The position numbers and the translations under genes were made by a program. Shown here piece by piece: positions 58,656 through 64,000 of a DNA stretch of 64,000 bases; the first letter of the stretch is position 1; every line of letters begins with the position of its first letter. The notes under the pieces are model-generated. The model searched no databases, was not told where the DNA came from, and was given only the letters and a program-made list of their open reading frames with translations. The stretch is from NCBI GenBank assembly GCA_041746255.1, contig JBGTHM010000126.1:22953-86952 (forward strand), given 5' to 3'. This stretch comes from Fibrobacteria bacterium. GTDB lineage: Bacteria > Fibrobacterota > Fibrobacteria > UBA11236.

Positions 58656-60950
58656 TTAAATATCCGAGGTTTTAGGGAGTTTTCGAATCGTCGCCACGAT
58701 GAATTTGGAATTGGGGGTGCGGCTTTTGTTGGCGATGGAATCCAAAGGCACCAGCACATTGGCCTCCGGGAAATAGGTGGCGGCGCATCCCCTGGGTAGG
58801 AGATAGGGAACCACCAGAAATCCTTCGGCAATTCTTTCCCGTCCGCCCTCGTCCAGGCTGACCAGATTGACCCGCTCCCCTTTGTCGACCTTGAATTCCC
58901 GCATGTCGTCGGGATGGATAAACACCACCCGTCGCTCGCCCTTGATGCCGCGATAGCGATCATCCAAACCATAAATCGTGGTATTGTATTGATCGTGCGA
59001 ACGCAGCGTCATCAGTCGTAAATAGCCGGGCGGAACGGTAAGGTCGGCCAAGGGTCCCGTAACGAACCGGGCTTTGCCCGTCGCGGTTCGCCATTCCCTT
59101 TCGCGGGCGGAATTACGCAAATGAAAACCTCCGGGCTTTTCAATTTTACGGTTGAAATCCCCGAAGTCCGGAAAAACGGCCGCGATTTTATCGCGAATCT
59201 TTCCATAGTCGGCACGCATACCCTCCCAATCCACCTGGCTATCGGGCAAGGCGGCCATGGCCATACCGGTCACGATGGCAGGCTCTGACAGGATATGCGC
59301 CGTTACCGGCGCGTTGGTGCCCTGCGAGGCATGCACCATGGACATGGAATCTTCCACAGTGACTTTCTGCGGCTTGCCTGCCTGCATGTCGATTTCGGTG
59401 CGCCCCAGACAAGGAAGAATCAAGGCTTCCTTACCGTGCACCACATGGCTGCGATTCAACTTGGTGCTGATTTGTACGGTCAGCCCCACCCTACGCAAAG
59501 CCTCCTCCGAAACAGCCGTATCGGGAGTCGCTGCGGCGAAATTCCCTCCCATTCCGATGAACACCCCGACTTTTCCGGCATGCATGGCTTCAATGGCCGA
59601 CACCGTGTCCATCCCGCTGTGGGTGGGCGGCGTAAAGGAAAAGGTTTTCCCTAGCGCTTCCAGAAATTCCGCTTTGGGATGTTCGGTAATGCCGACGGTG
59701 CGATCCCCTTGCACATTGCTATGCCCGCGCACGGGACACAAGCCCGCTCCGGGGCGACCGATATTGCCTTTCAAAAGCATGAGGTTAATCAAATACTGGA
59801 TGGTCAACACCGCATGCTTGTTCTGCGTCAGGCCCATGGCCCAACAAGCGATGGTTTTTCGCGAGGTCATATAAATTTCGGCGGCTTCCTGGATTTGGGC
59901 CCGGCTCAATCCCGACTGGTTTTCAATTCGACTCCAGGAAGTGGAGAGGATGTCTTCGCGCATTTCCTCGTATCCCGAGGTATGCTTGGCGATGAATTCC
60001 GTGTCGAGAATCGCGCCGGATTTCCCATCCTTTTCCACACCTTTTTCCGATGCCCTCTCCAAAACACATTTGATAAGCCCCTTGATAACCGCCAAATCCC
60101 CTCCAACCAAGGGTTGCAGATAAAGGGAAGAAATCGCACTGGACCGGTTCAAGGCCATTCCCAATACGTCCTGGGGATGGAGAAATTCCTGCAAGCCGCG
60201 CTCGATCAGCGGATTTACGCTAACGATTTTACAGCCGCGTTTCGCGGCCCTCTGCAATTCGGATAGCATACGGGGATGATTGGTTCCGGGATTCTGCCCG
60301 AAAATGAAAATGGCCTCGGCTGCTTCGAAATCCTCCAGCGAGACCGTACCCTTGCCGATACCCACGGATTCACCCATGGCCGCCCCCGACGATTCATGGC
60401 ACATATTGGAACAGTCGGGAAAATTATTGGTCCCGACCAATCGCCCGAAAAGCTGATAGAGAAAGGCAGCTTCGTTACTGGTACGCCCCGAAGTATACAG
60501 GACGAGTTCGTCGGGATTCGCTAAGCTCCGAATATGTTTTCCCACGGTAGCAAAGGCATCGCTCCAACTAATGGGAACATACCGGTCCGAAGCGGCATCG
60601 TAGCGCATGGGCTCGGCCAAACGTCCCTGTTGCTCCAAGCCATAATGTTCCCAAGTGGACAGTTCTTCCACGGTATGTTCGCCGAAAAAATCCCGGGTTA
60701 CGGTTTTACGAGTCGTTTCCGCGGCAATGGCCTTGGCCCCGTTCTCACAAAATTCGGCGTGGGAAACCTTTCCCGGTTCCGGCCAGGCACAGCCGGGGCA
60801 ATCGAAGCCGCCGGGTTTGTTCATACGCCATAACGCCTGGGCTCCTGAAAGCAACGCCTTTTCCTGCGCCAAATGCTTTAACGAATGCTTCAAAGCTCCC
60901 CAGCCGGCCGCGGGCCCGGCATATGGAGTTTCTAAATTTTCCTGGTCCAT
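58656..60950 (-). CDS. FdhF/YdeP-family molybdopterin oxidoreductase
   Basis: GFDCPGCAW, EFCENG, PDCSNMCHE, RGHSNVQG, RSHDQYNT. Confidence 0.93.
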   Translation of the reverse strand: MDQENLETPYAGPAAGWGALKHSLKHLAQEKALLSGAQALWRMNKPGGFDCPGCAWPEPGKVSHAEFCENGAKAIAAETTRKTVTRDFFGEHTVEELSTWEHYGLEQQGRLAEPMRYDAASDRYVPISWSDAFATVGKHIRSLANPDELVLYTSGRTSNEAAFLYQLFGRLVGTNNFPDCSNMCHESSGAAMGESVGIGKGTVSLEDFEAAEAIFIFGQNPGTNHPRMLSELQRAAKRGCKIVSVNPLIERGLQEFLHPQDVLGMALNRSSAISSLYLQPLVGGDLAVIKGLIKCVLERASEKGVEKDGKSGAILDTEFIAKHTSGYEEMREDILSTSWSRIENQSGLSRAQIQEAAEIYMTSRKTIACWAMGLTQNKHAVLTIQYLINLMLLKGNIGRPGAGLCPVRGHSNVQGDRTVGITEHPKAEFLEALGKTFSFTPPTHSGMDTVSAIEAMHAGKVGVFIGMGGNFAAATPDTAVSEEALRRVGLTVQISTKLNRSHVVHGKEALILPCLGRTEIDMQAGKPQKVTVEDSMSMVHASQGTNAPVTAHILSEPAIVTGMAMAALPDSQVDWEGMRADYGKIRDKIAAVFPDFGDFNRKIEKPGGFHLRNSAREREWRTATGKARFVTGPLADLTVPPGYLRLMTLRSHDQYNTTIYGLDDRYRGIKGERRVVFIHPDDMREFKVDKGERVNLVSLDEGGRERIAEGFLVVPYLLPRGCAATYFPEANVLVPLDSIANKSRTPNSKFIVATIRKLPKTSDI

Positions 60951-61793
60951 TCAATTCCTCGCTGCGGGAAGGGAAACGGTTTCCCCTAAATCGATAATTC
61001 TTTCGGGATGGGTGTAGACGGTGGCACGATCGCCGCGGCAAAAAGCGATTAAGGTAATCCCCGCATCCCGGCAGAATTCCACCGCCAAACTGGAGGGAGC
61101 CGAAACCGCAGCCAGTACCGGTATGGCCGCCGCGGTGCATTTAGCCGCGATTTCTAAAGAGAGGCGTCCGCTCACGCATAACAACTCGGCGTCGGCTAGG
61201 CGGTTGGTGAGAAGCAACTCCCCGATCACTTTGTCGACGGCATTATGCCGACCGATATCTTCGTGAACGGAAAGCAACGCACCCGAACCATTGAAAGCCG
61301 CCGCCGCATGGCAGCCTCCGGTGGCTTCAAAATCATTTTGCCTGCTCTGCATGGCGGCGAATGCATTGCGTAAACTCTCCAGCGACAATTGGGTGGGACG
61401 ATGCAGGGGAGTCGAAACCCGAGGTAAATCGCAAATATCGGTTTTCCCACATATTCCGCACGACGCATTCGAAAGCAGCGTCCGATTGAACAGGTTTTTC
61501 CCACTCAGCAATTCAACCGGCAGGTTTAAATCTACGGATAAGGCATGTTGCCCCGAATCATCCATTTCGAAGGAATAACCCGTGATATCCGCAGCGTTCC
61601 GAATAATTCCTTCGGTTTGCAGAAGGCCATAAGCCAGAAATTTTTCCGCACCGGGCGTACGCATGGTCATGGTATAGGCTTGGCCGTTTATCTTGATTTG
61701 CAAGGCGGCTTCCAGGGTTAGGACTTCGCGCACCGGTTCGGCGCTTCCCGCGCGGATGCGCCATCCCCCTACATTCCGTAAATTCTTATCCAT
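60951..61793 (-). CDS. fdhD: Formate dehydrogenase accessory sulfurtransferase
   Basis: MRTPG, SCGICG, TGGCHAA, EDIGRHNAVDK, SAPSSLA; start 61793 or 61832. Confidence 0.93.
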   Translation of the reverse strand: MDKNLRNVGGWRIRAGSAEPVREVLTLEAALQIKINGQAYTMTMRTPGAEKFLAYGLLQTEGIIRNAADITGYSFEMDDSGQHALSVDLNLPVELLSGKNLFNRTLLSNASCGICGKTDICDLPRVSTPLHRPTQLSLESLRNAFAAMQSRQNDFEATGGCHAAAAFNGSGALLSVHEDIGRHNAVDKVIGELLLTNRLADAELLCVSGRLSLEIAAKCTAAAIPVLAAVSAPSSLAVEFCRDAGITLIAFCRGDRATVYTHPERIIDLGETVSLPAARN

Positions 61794-61866
61794 GGCCCGA
61801 AAAATGTAATCAATCGACCCCTTATGGCCCACTCATCCACATCCCAAGCGATTACCTTTTAATGCT

Positions 61867-62364
61867 ATGCAACCGTTATCCCATTTGAACTCAGGCAAAA
61901 TGCCCGCCATGGTGGACATCCATGCCAAAACCCCGACCCGGCGTATCGCCCAGGCGCGAGCCGTTGTCAATTTGACCCAGGAAATTGCATCCCGTTTCCA
62001 AAACGGAGACTTGCTCTTGGCCAAGGGACCCGTATTCCACACCGCGATTTTGGCCGGAATTCAAGCCGCCAAAAGAACCGATTCGCTCATTCCGCTTTGT
62101 CATTCCCTGCCCTTGGAAAATTGCAGCATAGAAATTTCCCTGAACGACCAAAACCAAGCGGTCGTGGTGGCGGAAGCCGGGGTTTTCGGAAAGACGGGAG
62201 TGGAAATGGAAGCGCTTACCGCCGCCAGTATCGCGTGCCTGACGATTTACGATATGTGCAAAAGCCTTTCCCATGATATCGTCATAAGCGATATCCGCCT
62301 GATACGGAAAACCGGGGGGAAAAGTGATTTTAAAACTTCGGAAGCGGCTCAGCCTCCGATTTGA
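61867..62364 (+). CDS. moaC: Cyclic pyranopterin monophosphate synthase
   Basis: MVD, KG.V, LIPLCH, TGVEMEAL, YDMCK, KTGGKS. Confidence 0.96.
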   Translation: MQPLSHLNSGKMPAMVDIHAKTPTRRIAQARAVVNLTQEIASRFQNGDLLLAKGPVFHTAILAGIQAAKRTDSLIPLCHSLPLENCSIEISLNDQNQAVVVAEAGVFGKTGVEMEALTAASIACLTIYDMCKSLSHDIVISDIRLIRKTGGKSDFKTSEAAQPPI

Positions 62365-63284
62365 TTCATAGCCTGTGCTATCAAAGGAAGCCTACCCGTG
62401 GGCTTCATTCCCATCACCCGGTGCAGGATTTCGGGGAAATCCAAGGTATCTTCATGACGGACATCCAGTCCCGCTTCCGAAAAGAGGCATGACCTCAGCT
62501 TTCCGGTAGCCGTGAGGCGCAGCCGCGAACAGGTTCCGCAAAACGGCAGGGACTCGGAAGCGATGATGCCGATTTTTCCACCACGAAGGGTGGTAAATAA
62601 GCGGGCCGTCGAATCGGGTGGCGCCGACGCAGGAATCACGTCGTCCCATTCTCCCAGCCTTTCCAATATTTCCGCAGCCGCCACGAACCGTTCCGCATGC
62701 CGCTGCGCCCCGGGACCGACCTTCATCAATTCCAGAAAGCGAACGGCCACACCATACCGGATGGAAAATTCCAGGAAATCTTTTATCTCCGCATCATTTT
62801 TTCCCCGCATCACCACCATGTTGATTTTCACGCGAAAACCTTTGTCCAGCGCCGCGTGGATGGAAGAGAGCGTAGCGGAAAATTGATCGCGACGGCTCAA
62901 TTCGGCGAAGCGATGCGGATTGAGGCTGTCTAGGCTGATGTTCAGGGAGGTACACCCGATTTCCCGGAGAAAATCCAATTTCCCCGCGAGCAACGAACCG
63001 TTGGTCGTAAGCCCCATGCTGGACCAGGGAATTTCGGCCAGGGCCTCCATGGCCGCTTCGAAATCGGACCGAAGCGTGGGTTCCCCGCCGGTAATCCGTA
63101 ATTCATCGACTCCCAAGGCATGCAAGCCCTTGCAAATACGCGTCAATTCTGCGGGAGTCAATAATTCGCGCGCGGAGAGAAAGGCCGATTTTTCGGGCAT
63201 GCAGTAGAGGCAGCGGAAATTACAGGCATCGGTAAGCTGTACCCGTAATTTATGAATGACACGGCCTTGGGGATCAATCGGCAT
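62349..63284 (-). CDS. moaA: GTP 3',8-cyclase (radical SAM)
   Basis: CNFRCLYCM, TGGEP, FCGTCSRLR..CL, C-terminal IGG. Confidence 0.95.
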   Translation of the reverse strand: MPIDPQGRVIHKLRVQLTDACNFRCLYCMPEKSAFLSARELLTPAELTRICKGLHALGVDELRITGGEPTLRSDFEAAMEALAEIPWSSMGLTTNGSLLAGKLDFLREIGCTSLNISLDSLNPHRFAELSRRDQFSATLSSIHAALDKGFRVKINMVVMRGKNDAEIKDFLEFSIRYGVAVRFLELMKVGPGAQRHAERFVAAAEILERLGEWDDVIPASAPPDSTARLFTTLRGGKIGIIASESLPFCGTCSRLRLTATGKLRSCLFSEAGLDVRHEDTLDFPEILHRVMGMKPTGRLPLIAQAMNQIGG

Positions 63285-63290
63285 TTAAAC

Positions 63291-63770
63291 CTAAGAAGCG
63301 TCCCGGGTGGGGCGCGGTACTTGAAACCCTAATACGAAATCATCTTCAATGGCGCCGGCGTTGACATGGATGCGTAATTCCCAGAGTCCGCCCATGGTAT
63401 AGGAAATGCCGGAAATGCGGTATTTTCCATCGCCCAAGGCTTCTAATACCGGCTCCTGGTCGGAACCGTGGTTATGCGCGGGCATCCAGGGTTCGACGGC
63501 CAGAAAAGCTTCGGATACCGGGTTCCCTTCCTTATCGGTCAAATCCAATACCAATTCATTTTCTCCGACTTGAGCCGGGAATGGATCTGCGGAGAAAACC
63601 AGACGAAATTCCCCGGATTGGGAGGCCACGGTCTCTCCTGCAACGAAGAGGTTTGTAGCGGAGGCATCGGTTGCGCCATCTCCAGTTTCTGCCTGGCGGG
63701 GCGAATCGTTGCCGGAACATGCCCATAATCCCATTGCGGCCAGTACCGCTAAAATTGCCTTGGATTTCAT
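63291..63770 (-). CDS. YtkA/FixH-like lipoprotein
   Basis: Lipobox LWAC; WMPAHNHGS, MGGLWEL; GGAG RBS before ATG 63770. Confidence 0.75.
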   Translation of the reverse strand: MKSKAILAVLAAMGLWACSGNDSPRQAETGDGATDASATNLFVAGETVASQSGEFRLVFSADPFPAQVGENELVLDLTDKEGNPVSEAFLAVEPWMPAHNHGSDQEPVLEALGDGKYRISGISYTMGGLWELRIHVNAGAIEDDFVLGFQVPRPTRDAS

Positions 63771-64000
63771 GAAAATCTCCTGTCTGTACATAATTCGGGG
63801 GCCGCCGTACCCATTTAGACCGAGAATCCGGATTTGGGCGGGCTAGGCTATAAATAGCAATGCGACCGGGTTCAGGGAAGGTTTTGCCCTGAACCTAGGG
63901 AGGGTTTAAGTCTGAACCGGAGACGCCGGATATCACGGAGAAGTTTGGAGGCGACAGTCGGTGGAGGACCGGAGGCCCCTGCCGAGGCGATTTTGGAGGC

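Noticed and set aside
58656..60950. Selenocysteine formate dehydrogenase
   Set aside because: No in-frame TGA; Cys-type YdeP motif PDCSNMCHE
63771..64000. Moco riboswitch upstream of the ytkA-like/moaA genes
   Set aside because: Only a GGTTCAGGG/CCCTGAACC hairpin is visible; I could not find the Moco consensus elements
1..64000. CRISPR array, rRNA, transposase or integrase gene
   Set aside because: No repeat-spacer array, rRNA-like region or recombinase motifs seen by eye

Overview
Gene-dense bacterial chromosomal window (about 50% GC by eye). Bacteroidota-like gene families and secreted proteins with short C-terminal D/N-x-x-G-R tails suggest an FCB-group organism, plausibly Fibrobacterota (inference). 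It opens with the right end of a probable integrated element: a 3' fragment of tRNA-Gly(GCC) with its terminator, preceded by phased repeats. Next come a PL6 lyase, a Bacteroidota-type CusABC metal efflux operon, a two-gene matrixin/cohesin/dockerin locus and a hybrid sensor kinase. The most interesting block (16850-28849) is an 11-gene predicted synthase-dependent polysaccharide system: two Trp-ladder TPR paralogs, a beta-propeller, an outer-membrane barrel, MBOAT plus SGNH acylation, a three-gene CDP-sugar pathway, a BcsA-like GT2 without an evident PilZ domain, and a GH26. The rest holds pyrC, map, ychJ, a helicase, secreted hydrolases, a cobalamin riboswitch (with an unusual L4 insertion) ahead of a B12 uptake operon, an ABC-F gene and a YdeP/fdhD/moaC/moaA cluster. 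All calls are motif recognition by eye; no searches were run.
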